Notes: generated by a model from the sequence alone, not told the origin. A DNA stretch of 64,000 bases from Actinomycetes bacterium (GCA_024276425.1 JAJRXF010000188.1:5545-69544), one strand, 5' to 3'. Shown: positions 27,854 through 37,471, counted from the stretch's first letter. Translations and numbers: made by a program.

Positions 27854-28603
27854 TCACAATCCGTACAGCAACCGGCCGTTTGCCCAGCAAGCAGTGGCCA
27901 TCTCATTGACCGAAATTCCTTGCAATTTTGCCACTTTTTCTCCGATTAGTGAGACATATGCCGGTTGATTCGGTTGCCCGCGGTGGGGTGTTGGGGTCAA
28001 GAAGGGCGAATCGGTTTCGACCAACGTGCGCGTGGTTGGCGTGAGCCGAGCGGCTTCCTGAATCTCGTGGGCACTAGGAAAGGTCACGATTCCGCTAAAG
28101 GAAAGGTAGCCCCCGCGCTCCAGGCAAGCCTCCGCTTCTTGGGGGCCACCGGTAAAGCAATGGAAGACCGTTCGCTCGGGTATGCCGACATCATCAAGAA
28201 TGGCGAACGTATCCGCCCATGCCTCTCGAGTATGGATCACCAGAGCGAGTTCGTACTGATGGGCCATCTCAATCTGAATCCGAAAGACTTTGGCCTGTTG
28301 AGTTCGGGGCGAATGGTCATAGTGGTAGTCCAAACCACACTCCCCGACCGCAACCACCTTGTCTGATTCAAGGAGTTCCTCAAGCCCATCAACTCCCCCC
28401 TTGGCCTCATGGGGGTGCACTCCAGCCGTCGCCCACACACGGTCAAAGTCAGCGGCAATAGAAATGGCACGTCTTGAGTCCTCAACATCGCAGCCGACGG
28501 TCAGCAAGCGAGTAACGCCCTGGGCTCTTGCCTCCTCCACCACCTCAGCTGGCTCACGCTTGATCGTGGTGAGGTGGCAATGATTATCGAACCACTCGCT
28601 CAT
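27854..28603 (-). CDS. tatD: TatD-family metal-dependent hydrolase
   Basis: FDNHCHL start, GECGLDYHY, IHTREA, VETDSPFLTP. Confidence 0.9.
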   Translation of the reverse strand: MSEWFDNHCHLTTIKREPAEVVEEARAQGVTRLLTVGCDVEDSRRAISIAADFDRVWATAGVHPHEAKGGVDGLEELLESDKVVAVGECGLDYHYDHSPRTQQAKVFRIQIEMAHQYELALVIHTREAWADTFAILDDVGIPERTVFHCFTGGPQEAEACLERGGYLSFSGIVTFPSAHEIQEAARLTPTTRTLVETDSPFLTPTPHRGQPNQPAYVSLIGEKVAKLQGISVNEMATACWANGRLLYGL

Positions 28604-30232
28604 TTAGCTCGCTTCGTTCAGGTCGATCTTGGCGAACAACGGTGCTGGCTTGGAGATTGGGGTTCCCGTGACCAACTCAGAACGTTGCCATCCCTCGATC
28701 GGGCCGAGGACTCCGGATAGCGCCTCGGAGCTAAACGGTAGGAACGGGGCAAACATCACGCGGACCCCGTTGATCGCACTAAGAGCCACATGCAGGATGG
28801 TGCGCCCTCGCTCCTGGTCAACCTTGATCATCTTCCAAGGTTCGGTGGCATTGAGGTAGGCGTTGGCCGCCTGAGCACACGACATGGCCGACCGTAGCGC
28901 GGCACGAAGCTCGACCGCCTCGAACTGCTTTGCCGCCTCGACCAGACCCGCATCAACCTTCTCCAAGAGAGCTTCGTCCTCTGTGGTGTAGTGGCCAGGC
29001 TCAAGAATATGGCCGTCGCAGTTCTTAGCGGTCATTGCTAAGACACTATTGACCAGATTTCCCCATGTCGCAACCAGTTCCTCGTTGACTCGCCTGGCAA
29101 TCTCTTCATCAGAGATTTCGGTGTCCGCCTGCTCGGGAAAGGAGGCAGCGAGTGCGTAACGAATAGCATCGGGCTCGAATGAATCGAGAGCGGCCTGGAT
29201 GGTCAGACCGATTCCACGGCTGGCTGAGGCCTTACCTCCCTTAAACGTCACATACTGGTTGGCTGGAACATTGGTCGGAAGGTTGAGTCCCCCATAGGCC
29301 ATGAGCTGAGCCGGCCAGAAAATGGCGTGGAATGGAATGTTGTCTTTGCCAACAAAATAGTACGACTCCGCATCGGGGTTCTCCCACCACAGACGCCAGG
29401 CTTCGGGATCGCCACTACTGGCTGCCCACTCCTTGGAGGCAGACAGATAGCCAATGACCGCGTCATACCAGACATAAATACGCTTTCCTTCACCCAAGTC
29501 ATTGATAGGGAGTTCGATACCCCACTCAATGTCACGGGTGATTGCACGGTCGTGCAAACCCTCCTCGATCCAGCCAAGGCAGAAGTTGAGCACATGGTTG
29601 CGCCACCCTTGGCGAGTCTTAAGCCAGGCCTCGAGTTGATCCTGGAAGTCGGAGAGGCGGAAATAGAAGTGCTCGGTCTCTCGTGGCTCGGGGGTCGTCC
29701 CAGACAGCTTGGAGCGGGGGTCGATGAGGTCGATCGGGTCCAGCGTACGACCGCAGTTGTCGCACTGGGCCCCTCTCGCCTCGCTATAGCCGCAATAGGG
29801 GCAGGTGCCCTCAACGTAGCGATCAGGGAGGAAACGCTTGGCTTGGGGGTCATAGAATTGCTCGGAGACACGGCGATCGATATGCCCGTTCTCCAAGTGA
29901 CGCATGAACATGTCCTGGGTCACCTCGGAATGGTTCTTAGTCCCAGTACTCGTGAACAGATCCCAGGAAATACCGAGTTCGTCCCACTGGCGGACAAACT
30001 CGCTGTGGTAACGATCAACAATGTCCTGAGGGGTCACACCCTCCTCATCGGCTCGAACGGTAATCGGGGTGCCGTGGACATCAGAGCCACTAACCATGAG
30101 CACTTGGTTGCCGATCATTCGTTGTTGCCGGGCGAAGATGTCCGCTGGCAGGTATGCCCCTGCAAGGTGCCCGATATGGCGGGAGCCAGAGGCGTAGGGC
30201 CAGGCAACAGCTACAAGAATGGGTTTGCTCAT
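28604..30232 (-). CDS. metG: Methionine--tRNA ligase
   Basis: HIGH-type motif SRHIGHLAG, zinc knuckle CPYCGY...CDNCG, KMSKS-type KASASRG. Confidence 0.93.
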   Translation of the reverse strand: MSKPILVAVAWPYASGSRHIGHLAGAYLPADIFARQQRMIGNQVLMVSGSDVHGTPITVRADEEGVTPQDIVDRYHSEFVRQWDELGISWDLFTSTGTKNHSEVTQDMFMRHLENGHIDRRVSEQFYDPQAKRFLPDRYVEGTCPYCGYSEARGAQCDNCGRTLDPIDLIDPRSKLSGTTPEPRETEHFYFRLSDFQDQLEAWLKTRQGWRNHVLNFCLGWIEEGLHDRAITRDIEWGIELPINDLGEGKRIYVWYDAVIGYLSASKEWAASSGDPEAWRLWWENPDAESYYFVGKDNIPFHAIFWPAQLMAYGGLNLPTNVPANQYVTFKGGKASASRGIGLTIQAALDSFEPDAIRYALAASFPEQADTEISDEEIARRVNEELVATWGNLVNSVLAMTAKNCDGHILEPGHYTTEDEALLEKVDAGLVEAAKQFEAVELRAALRSAMSCAQAANAYLNATEPWKMIKVDQERGRTILHVALSAINGVRVMFAPFLPFSSEALSGVLGPIEGWQRSELVTGTPISKPAPLFAKIDLNEAS

Positions 30233-30247
30233 AGCCCAGGAGGATAG

Positions 30248-31552
30248 CTAGACGACCTGTCGGAGAGCGGAGGGGATTTCTGGCTGGATGACCTCCCGGG
30301 ATCCTTCGATTGCTGAATCTTTCGGATCGCTCACCACTTCGACCGATCTGGCATCTCGAACCGCCTCCAGCTTGTCCAGTTGTTTCTCGAACTGTCTGGT
30401 TCGTGGACCAGTCAGAGAATCAAACCCATTTTGGGCCGATTGCAGTCCACGGCCAATCTTGTCGACCGATTCGCCAAACTTCATCCATTGATCCCGAAGG
30501 CCCCCAATAGAGGCGAGAATCTCATCACTTCGTTTCTCCACCAGGAAGTTGTCAACTGCTTGACGGATAACAGCAAGCACGGCGAAAAGACTCGTTGGGG
30601 AGCACAACACGACCTTCTGAGCAAGAGCCATGTCGATGAGGTTGGGATCATGCTCATGGAGGAACCCATAAACGCTCTCATTCGGGATGAACAACAACAG
30701 ATAGTCAACCGTGGTTGCCGGGTCGATGTAGGCTCGGTCGGCCAATTCCTTCACCCGCTGTCGAACATCGCGGCGAAACAGCTTGAGGTGATTCTCCTTG
30801 TCCGATTTCGTTTCGGCCTCTAGCCAACGGAGATAGTTGTCGATAGGGAATTTGACGTCCATGTGCACGACATGGCCTTGTGGGAGGCTGAAGGTGTAGT
30901 CGGGAAGCCCGCCGCCACTGACCTGAGTTTGCTTGCTGTAGTTGATTCCCTCGATAAACCCGGCCAACTTCAGCACATCTGAGGCCATGCGCTCTCCCCA
31001 CTGGCCACGAGCCTTTGGGGAAGCTAAAGCTTGGCGCAAGGCATGGGTAGTATCGGCCAAAGTCGAGGTGACGGCCAGCGCCTGTTCGAGGCCAGCGGAG
31101 AGGCGACCATTCTGTTCGGCCCGTTCTTGTTGGAGGTTGGCAACTAAGTCACCGACCCGACGCAGTTCGCCTTGGAGCCCTTCGACCTGTTGAGCGACCA
31201 AGGTGTGTTCTCGATCAATCACCTCCTTACCCGCCTCCATCTGGTCTCCTAGTTTGGACGACGCCACGGACAGAACCGTGTTGAGGGCCTGCTGCATCAT
31301 CTCGGCCCGTTCTCCTCGCACAGCATCGAGGGCGGCACCAACAACCTCCTTTCGCTCCGACTCGAGGGTCTGCAAATCGATTCCGGCGTCGGCATAGGGT
31401 CGATTCTGGACCTGATAGAGCAGGACGATAAGCAAAACGATGACGGCGGCGAGGCCAGCCAGAAGCGCAATGGTCAACATGACAAGAACCATAAAGAGCA
31501 CCACTGACAGTCCGAAGCAAAATCGGGAGACTTCGGTTGGGCGCGAGACCAC
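30248..31552 (-). CDS. rmuC: DNA recombination protein RmuC
   Basis: 434 aa. N-terminal transmembrane segment, long coiled-coil region, C-terminal RmuC nuclease-like core (PDYTFSLPQGHVVHMDVKFP...LLFIPNESVY). Confidence 0.85.
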   Translation of the reverse strand: MVSRPTEVSRFCFGLSVVLFMVLVMLTIALLAGLAAVIVLLIVLLYQVQNRPYADAGIDLQTLESERKEVVGAALDAVRGERAEMMQQALNTVLSVASSKLGDQMEAGKEVIDREHTLVAQQVEGLQGELRRVGDLVANLQQERAEQNGRLSAGLEQALAVTSTLADTTHALRQALASPKARGQWGERMASDVLKLAGFIEGINYSKQTQVSGGGLPDYTFSLPQGHVVHMDVKFPIDNYLRWLEAETKSDKENHLKLFRRDVRQRVKELADRAYIDPATTVDYLLLFIPNESVYGFLHEHDPNLIDMALAQKVVLCSPTSLFAVLAVIRQAVDNFLVEKRSDEILASIGGLRDQWMKFGESVDKIGRGLQSAQNGFDSLTGPRTRQFEKQLDKLEAVRDARSVEVVSDPKDSAIEGSREVIQPEIPSALRQVV

Positions 31553-31561
31553 TATCCAGGC

Positions 31562-31936
31562 TCAGGGCCCGTCTCTACCCCGAAGTCGTTGGATATCTCG
31601 GCGGTCTTTCTTGGTTGGGCGCCCCTGGCCTCGATCTCGTGCTCCCAGTAGGGCCTCGGGGGAGAAGTCACGGCGCGGCGACGGTGGAGAATGATCCTCA
31701 AAGGCCTCCGCAGCCGCGGCAGCACCAACCCGCTTTTCTAACAGTTTCACGACCTGATAGGAAGTTGTGCGCTCCTTCAACCTGGCCTCAACCATGTCGC
31801 CGATGGCAAGCTTGGTGGCGGGTTTGGCCACTTCGTCATTCACTCGAACCTTCCCGGTCTTGCAACCCTCGGTCGCCTGAGAACGAGTCTTGTAGACCCG
31901 CACCGACCACAACCATTTGTCGACCCTGACGCTCAC
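31562..31936 (-). CDS. S4-domain RNA-binding protein (Hsp15/HslR-like)
   Basis: VRVDKWLWSVRVYKTRSQATEGCKTGKVRVN is the S4 alpha-L motif. GTGA overlap with the rsmI stop. Confidence 0.8.
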   Translation of the reverse strand: MSVRVDKWLWSVRVYKTRSQATEGCKTGKVRVNDEVAKPATKLAIGDMVEARLKERTTSYQVVKLLEKRVGAAAAAEAFEDHSPPSPRRDFSPEALLGARDRGQGRPTKKDRRDIQRLRGRDGP

Positions 31937-32805
31937 TGGAGCGCCTCTGGGCCAACCAGATCGGCGGTCATCAGGTGATAAACCCGATTCTTGGCCACGC
32001 CACTTCTCTCCACCACCTGGGACACAGCGTCACGCTTGGAAAGCCCAGCCCGAAGCGCCTCATCCAACCAGGTGCGAATCTCCTCATCAGAGGCTCCCGG
32101 GGGAGCATTCCGGCCGGCGACAATCACCACGAACTCACCTCGAGGCGCAACATCGGCGAAGTGACTTTCGACCTCTTCAATCGTACCTCGGACTACCTGT
32201 TCGTGGAGTTTGGTCAGTTCTCGGGCCAGCGCTACCTGGCGGTCGGCCCCACACACCTTGGCTAAGTCTTGTAGTGTTCGAACTACGCGCTTTGGTGACT
32301 CGTAAAAGACTGTTGTCCGCGGCTGGCTGGCGATGTCGCCCAGTTGGACTTCGCGTTCCTGGCCTCGACGGGCCAGAAACCCTTCGAACACAAAGCGGGT
32401 AGTGGGCAAACCACTGAGCACCAGACCAGAAATTAGTGCTGTTGGCCCAGGGACGACGTCGACCGCTAGCCCGCTCGCGATAACCCCCTTGATCAAACCG
32501 CTCCCCGGATCAGAAACGCCAGGCATGCCAGCGTCGGTAATCAGCACCACACGCTGTCCACCCTTGATTCGTTCGATAACCGCCGCAGTCGCCTTGCCTT
32601 CGGTGTACTCGTTGGCAACGAGAAAGGGTCGCTTGGCCAGACCGAGTTGCTGGAGCAATCGACCAGAGCGGCGGGTGTCCTCACAAACAATGACATCGCA
32701 GGATTGCAGGGCCTCACGACCTCGGTCGGAGAGATCCGACAAGTTGCCAATCGGGGTGCCGACAATCGAAAGCCCAGGCGATAGGGGCCCCCGCGATTCA
32801 GTCAC
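31933..32805 (-). CDS. rsmI: 16S rRNA (cytidine1402-2'-O)-methyltransferase
   Basis: LSIVGTPIGNLSDLS, CEDTR, TDAGMPGVSDPG. I prefer the GTG at 32805 (VTESRGPLSPGLSIVG...), which overlaps the DUF192 stop within GTGACTGA. The track start at 32877 overlaps DUF192 by 80 nt. Confidence 0.88.
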   Translation of the reverse strand: MTESRGPLSPGLSIVGTPIGNLSDLSDRGREALQSCDVIVCEDTRRSGRLLQQLGLAKRPFLVANEYTEGKATAAVIERIKGGQRVVLITDAGMPGVSDPGSGLIKGVIASGLAVDVVPGPTALISGLVLSGLPTTRFVFEGFLARRGQEREVQLGDIASQPRTTVFYESPKRVVRTLQDLAKVCGADRQVALARELTKLHEQVVRGTIEEVESHFADVAPRGEFVVIVAGRNAPPGASDEEIRTWLDEALRAGLSKRDAVSQVVERSGVAKNRVYHLMTADLVGPEALQ

Positions 32806-33151
32806 GGATCTCCAGCTCGTCGCCGATCTTGAGATCCCACTGACCAAAGGCACCAGCTTCGGCCTCAAGCACGGCATTGGCCCGCCATATTGGCGCCGTT
32901 ATCCGGTGCTTGCGAACCCTCAGTGTCTTGATGACAACATTGCTCTTGTCCAGGATGGCGACATCGAGGGCAAACTTCATGCCAACGGTATGAACCGACC
33001 GGGCTGGCCGAATCAACATTGCCCCGTCAATGCCAGCCCGACCCAAAAGACCGCGAGCCTTGTCCCTACGGGTTTGTGGGATCTCCAGAGATGCGAGAAC
33101 TCGACCATCTCGCACAAGCCAACATGTCATTGTGCTTTCTGGGTTTCCCAC
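32798..33151 (-). CDS. DUF192-family protein
   Basis: 117 aa. ...ARGLLGR...GMLI.P..SVHT.GM.F.LDV... followed by VLE..AG, as in COG1430/DUF192. Confidence 0.7.
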   Translation of the reverse strand: MGNPESTMTCWLVRDGRVLASLEIPQTRRDKARGLLGRAGIDGAMLIRPARSVHTVGMKFALDVAILDKSNVVIKTLRVRKHRITAPIWRANAVLEAEAGAFGQWDLKIGDELEIRD

Positions 33152-33234
33152 AACCTCATTCCTCCCGTTTGCGCTCCATATCTTGGCCTTCAGTTTTCTC
33201 GCCTGGCCGAAAACGATTGGTCATGGGAAGAAAC

Positions 33235-34311
33235 TCAGGTGTTGTGGCGAATGTCCAGAACATCGCCGTCTTGAACAATGTAATCCTTACCTTCTTGCCG
33301 GATCTTGCCAACGTCCTTGGCCTTGTTCCACGAGCCGATCTCGACCAACTCGTCCCAACGTATGGTCTCTGCCTTTATGAATCCACGTTGTAGATCACTG
33401 TGGATTTTTCCGGCACAAACGGGAGCGGTTGAGCCAACACGGAAGGTCCAGGCGCGACTCTCCTGAACCCCAGTGGTAAGAAAGGTTCGTAACCCAAGGG
33501 CGTGATAGGCCATGCGGATGAACTGGGGAAGTGCACCCTCGCCGAGACCGAGTGCCTCAAGCATTTCTGTCCGATCCTCTTCGTCGAGTTGAGCGGCCTC
33601 GGCTTCCAACTGAATGCTGGCCCCAAAAACGGGAGCGATCTCACCCAACTCAGCCCTCACCGGGGCAATCACACTTTCTACTTCTTCTAGTTGATCTTCC
33701 CCAATGTTGACAATGGCTAGGACCGGCTTGTTGGTCAAGAAAAACCAAGGTTTCAGGGCCAGGCGATGCTCCTCGCTCAGGCTGCTGCGATACAGCGGTG
33801 TCCCCTCCTCCAAGAACACCAGAGCAGCCTCGGCGGCATCAACCTCTGGTTGCAAGGATTTGTCGGCCCGAGCCGCCTTGCGTCGCTTGACAATCTGTTT
33901 CTCCACCACATCCAAATCGGCCAAAGTCAACTCGGTCTCAACAATTCCCAGATGCTCCAATGGGTCGCTGGGACCGGGGACATCATCGTCATCGAAGGCC
34001 CGTAGAACAAAGACGATGGCATCAACCTCGCGGATGCCGGCTAGGAATTTGTTGCCAAGCCCCTCACCCTTACTTGCGCCAGCAACCAGCCCACCAATGT
34101 CGTTGAACTGTACGGAGGCATGCACGATCTTCTTGCTCTGCGACATCTCGGACAGGGCGTCCAGGCGTTCGTCCAACACTCGAGCTACCCCAACGTTGGG
34201 GTCCGTGGTAGCGAAGGCGTACGGGGCCGCCAGCGCGCTCCCACCAGTCAGAGCATTGTAGAGCGAGGACTTTCCCGCGTTGGGCAATCCGACAAATCCG
34301 AACTTCTCCAT
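33235..34311 (-). CDS. ychF: Redox-regulated ribosome-binding ATPase YchF
   Basis: The true start is taken as the ATG at 34311 (MEKFGFVGLPNAGKSSLYNALT, P-loop). The 60-aa Arg/Gly-rich extension in the track ORF looks spurious. C-terminal TGS-like region DGDVLDIRHN. Confidence 0.92.
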   Translation of the reverse strand: MEKFGFVGLPNAGKSSLYNALTGGSALAAPYAFATTDPNVGVARVLDERLDALSEMSQSKKIVHASVQFNDIGGLVAGASKGEGLGNKFLAGIREVDAIVFVLRAFDDDDVPGPSDPLEHLGIVETELTLADLDVVEKQIVKRRKAARADKSLQPEVDAAEAALVFLEEGTPLYRSSLSEEHRLALKPWFFLTNKPVLAIVNIGEDQLEEVESVIAPVRAELGEIAPVFGASIQLEAEAAQLDEEDRTEMLEALGLGEGALPQFIRMAYHALGLRTFLTTGVQESRAWTFRVGSTAPVCAGKIHSDLQRGFIKAETIRWDELVEIGSWNKAKDVGKIRQEGKDYIVQDGDVLDIRHNT

Positions 34312-34385
34312 AAGTGCTATTGAGGCTAGGTCTGATCTGTGCCTCCCCCTCGCCAAGACACCAACTCGGCTCCTAACGTGTAAGC

Positions 34386-35489
34386 GTGCCCCTTCCTCCC
34401 GCGCGCCCAGCCTCCGGTCCCAACATCGACTCACCCCACCTCGTGGCCATTGATCGGGTCCTCTACTGCCTCGATCGGTCACTGGCCCCACCTCAAAAGA
34501 TTCGGGCCTTCACCCGGGGGCGGGCAATTCTGGCCGACATCGAAACCGAGCGACTGCGGACAATGGCCGAGGAAGGGACTCTCACCTCGCTGGAGGGCAT
34601 TGGCAAGTCGATCGCCTCGGTAGCAGGCGCCGCTCTGATTGATGAGCCAAACCAGTACCTAATTGACTTAGAACAAGCATCCCAAGTCCAGGTCTCCGGA
34701 GGCGAGGAACTTCGGTCCGCTTACAAGGGCGACTGCCACAGCCATTCGACTTGGTCCGACGGAGGGGCATCAATTCTAACAATGGCTCGCGCCGCTCAAG
34801 AACTGGGGCACGAATATCTAGTCCTGACCGACCACTCGGGCCGCCTCACCATCGCCAACGGGCTCTCTCCACAACGCCTGGCAGAGCAACTGAGCGAGAT
34901 CGCTTCCCTCAATGAGGCTTTCGCCGCCGCTGCTTACGACGATGAACGGGCCCCGTTTCGGATCCTGACTGGGATGGAGGTCGACATTTTTGAAGACGGG
35001 TCTTTGGATCTCGCTGATGACCTACTGGCGCGTCTTGACATCGTGGTGGCGTCAGCCCACTCCAAGCTGGCCCAGGACTCAAATGCCATGACCAAACGAC
35101 TGGTACGGGCCGTGGCCAATCCAAACGTTGACATCCTAGGCCACTGCACCAACCGGAAAGTGATCCCCGACCAACGGGCTCGAAGGGGCGGGGGAACCCG
35201 CAAGCCGAGTACCTTCGACGCCGACTATGTATTCGCTGCCTGCGCCAAGTTCGGTACAGCCGTTGAAATCAACTGCCGGCCGGAACGTCAAGATCCACCG
35301 GACGACCTGCTTGAACTTGCCCTCGCCTGGGATTGCGACTTCGCTATCAACTCCGATGCCCATGCCCCGGGCCAACTTGAGTGGGTCGACTACGGCTGCG
35401 CTCGGGCCGAGAGGTTAGGAATTCCAGCAAACAGAATACTCAACCTCATGCCCGCAGATCACCTTATTGCCCGCGGTCACGCCCACTAA
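34386..35489 (+). CDS. PHP-domain phosphoesterase with N-terminal helix-hairpin-helix region (PolX C-terminal-like, no polymerase core)
   Basis: GDCHSHSTWSDGGASI...LVLTDHS..., later SAHS, GHCT, INSDAHA His/Asp ladder of the PHP fold. N-terminal LTSLEGIGKSIA is HhH-like. Confidence 0.8.
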   Translation: MPLPPARPASGPNIDSPHLVAIDRVLYCLDRSLAPPQKIRAFTRGRAILADIETERLRTMAEEGTLTSLEGIGKSIASVAGAALIDEPNQYLIDLEQASQVQVSGGEELRSAYKGDCHSHSTWSDGGASILTMARAAQELGHEYLVLTDHSGRLTIANGLSPQRLAEQLSEIASLNEAFAAAAYDDERAPFRILTGMEVDIFEDGSLDLADDLLARLDIVVASAHSKLAQDSNAMTKRLVRAVANPNVDILGHCTNRKVIPDQRARRGGGTRKPSTFDADYVFAACAKFGTAVEINCRPERQDPPDDLLELALAWDCDFAINSDAHAPGQLEWVDYGCARAERLGIPANRILNLMPADHLIARGHAH

Positions 35490-35518
35490 AGCCATGTCCA
35501 AGGACATCAGCCGAAATC

Positions 35519-37471
35519 TCAGGGCGTCTTGACCGACCCGTCAAACCCAACCTCGACCAACTCAAGTAAATCCTCGACCGCGACAGCCCCGGCGTAGAGG
35601 AAACCTTGGGCCATGCAACAGCCGAGGGACTGGAGGACATCAACCTGCTCCAAGCTTTCCACCCCGAGCGCGATGGTGGTCACACCAATGCCATCCGCGA
35701 TCGAAATTATCTTGGCCACCCGATCGGGGCCATCCCCCACCAGACCAGCGGTACCCGTCACGGTTCGATGGAGCTTGACGTAGTCGATTGGTAGCGACTC
35801 CAGCAGTGTCAGTGATGACATCGTCGCCCCGAATCCATCAATTCCAATCCGAAAACTTGGTCGGACAAGTTCGGTAAGACGCAGAAATGCCCGCTTGTTT
35901 TCCGCCACAACCGACTCGGGAATCTCTACGGAAAGCCGACCGGCCGGGATCTCCGAATCCTCCGCCATTCTGGACAATGTGGCCAGCAATGCATCATCCT
36001 CAAGCTGAGTTCCCGAGAGGTTGACCATGACCTCAAAATCCCGGTCCGAGCCGCGAAGCAAGCTCGAGAGTTGTTCGTTTACGCCTTCGACCACCAGTGA
36101 TCCAAGAGCCCCCATGAGGCCACTGTGTTCTGCGGCTGCTATGACCTCCATGGCCGAGAGCCCAACCTCGCCACCAAGACGAAGTAGAGCCTCGGCCCCA
36201 ACAACCGCACCGGTTGCCATATGGACTACCGGTTGATAGGCAAAGCGCACATCGCGGCGGTCAATGGCCTTTCGAAGTTGACGTTCGACAATGAGGAGCC
36301 GCTGAGAGCGAGCGCGGAGCTCTTCGTCGTGAACGGCCACCCGATTTCGACCTCGACCCTTGGCCAGATACACCGCCGTCTCCGCCGCGGACAGCAGTTC
36401 ATCGCCGCTTTGATCTGGCTCGACGAGAGCAACCCCGACGCTGGCGGTGAGGGCCATGTCGTGGCCGAGATCAGCCAAAGTGGCAACGGCAAGCCGAACC
36501 CGCTCCGCCAGTTCCTCCGCGGCCCCTGGTCGGTCGAGGTCGGTGGCGATGACAACAAACTCATCCGATGGCAAACGAAAGAATAGGTCGGTCGTTCGCA
36601 TGGTGGATCGAACCCGCCGGCTAACCAGTTCCAACAATCGCAGTGCCTCAAGATTTCCGACCAGGTCGTGGACAACCTTAAATCGGTCCAAATCGACATA
36701 GAGCACGGCAACTCGGTGTTTCACTTCGCCAGAATGGGAATCTGCCGCGACCTGAATTGCTCCCTCGATGATTCCACTCACTTCGCCCCGATCGGTAATC
36801 TGGGGCCCATTGGGAGCACCCTCGAGCGCAACCACGGTCACAAAACCCTGGCCCTCCTCATCAGTCGTCGACCCCAGGAGGAGAAGCTCGACAAGGTCCT
36901 CGGTGCCATCGGCCAACAGCATGGTGCGGCAACGTTGCCACGACTCTCCCTGCGATGGAAGCGGCGACTCTCCGAGATCAGTCGAACTTGGCCAATACCG
37001 TCCCAGCTCATTTTTTTCCCCAAAGCGACTCGACCAACTCGGGCTGTGCCAAATGAGCTCACCGCTTTGGCGATCGGCGATGGATACCGCTAGTCCAACG
37101 GCGGCTACCGCGCCACAGAGCCCCTCAACGACAACCTCGCTGGCCTCAGCTCGGAAACCTTCTGTCAAACTCGTTTCAAGGGGGGTCCTGACCTGATCAA
37201 CCTCCGCGGGCCAAGCGGCTTCGGAATGCTCCGAACTTGACTCGACCTCGGCCCGGGATGAACGCTCAACCTCCGCGGTGTCAACAACCTGATCAGCGGA
37301 ATGGTCTCCCTGCTCCGATGCAGGCTCAGACAGCAAGGGCGGCTTGTCCGATTCGCTACCTCCACCGTCGGTGGACAGTTGATCGCCTCCACCGTCGGTG
37401 GAGAATGCATCAGCCTGAGGAACGACCTTTTCGGCTGCTCCTCGCACCCTTGCATCCCAACTTCGAACCAC
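35519..37471 (-). CDS. GGDEF/EAL tandem protein in which both signature sets look degenerate
   Basis: 650 aa. The GGDEF position reads RLPSDEF and GH..GD is replaced by GNLEAL. The EAL domain keeps EALLRL, VNLS and VEIPE but has IDGFGAT (for DDFGTG), KLH (for KxD) and ALGVES (for EGVE). The N-terminus has a 27-bp direct repeat (STDGGG x2). Confidence 0.85.
   Translation of the reverse strand: MVRSWDARVRGAAEKVVPQADAFSTDGGGDQLSTDGGGSESDKPPLLSEPASEQGDHSADQVVDTAEVERSSRAEVESSSEHSEAAWPAEVDQVRTPLETSLTEGFRAEASEVVVEGLCGAVAAVGLAVSIADRQSGELIWHSPSWSSRFGEKNELGRYWPSSTDLGESPLPSQGESWQRCRTMLLADGTEDLVELLLLGSTTDEEGQGFVTVVALEGAPNGPQITDRGEVSGIIEGAIQVAADSHSGEVKHRVAVLYVDLDRFKVVHDLVGNLEALRLLELVSRRVRSTMRTTDLFFRLPSDEFVVIATDLDRPGAAEELAERVRLAVATLADLGHDMALTASVGVALVEPDQSGDELLSAAETAVYLAKGRGRNRVAVHDEELRARSQRLLIVERQLRKAIDRRDVRFAYQPVVHMATGAVVGAEALLRLGGEVGLSAMEVIAAAEHSGLMGALGSLVVEGVNEQLSSLLRGSDRDFEVMVNLSGTQLEDDALLATLSRMAEDSEIPAGRLSVEIPESVVAENKRAFLRLTELVRPSFRIGIDGFGATMSSLTLLESLPIDYVKLHRTVTGTAGLVGDGPDRVAKIISIADGIGVTTIALGVESLEQVDVLQSLGCCMAQGFLYAGAVAVEDLLELVEVGFDGSVKTP

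Noticed and set aside
29327-30247. 306-aa plus-strand ORF antisense to metG. Similar long antisense ORFs lie at 4936..5772 (korB), 27125..27949 (rpf), 19501..20184 (mfd) and 42505..43179 (kinase).
   Set aside because: Each lies opposite a gene with unambiguous family motifs and shows mirror-image low-complexity composition. For example, the Gly/Val-rich stretch lies opposite the Pro/Thr linker of rpf.
34312-34491. N-terminal extensions in the ORF track for ychF. The same applies to the PfkB kinase (43465..43677), rmlC (47397..47606), the EamA transporter (11449..11589), ispE (26087..26110) and rsmI (32806..32877).
   Set aside because: The extensions are Arg/Gly/Pro-rich and overlap neighbouring genes. 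They also precede internal starts that reproduce the canonical family N-termini, such as MEKFGFVGLPNAGKS for YchF. The track simply takes the first ATG/GTG/TTG after a stop.
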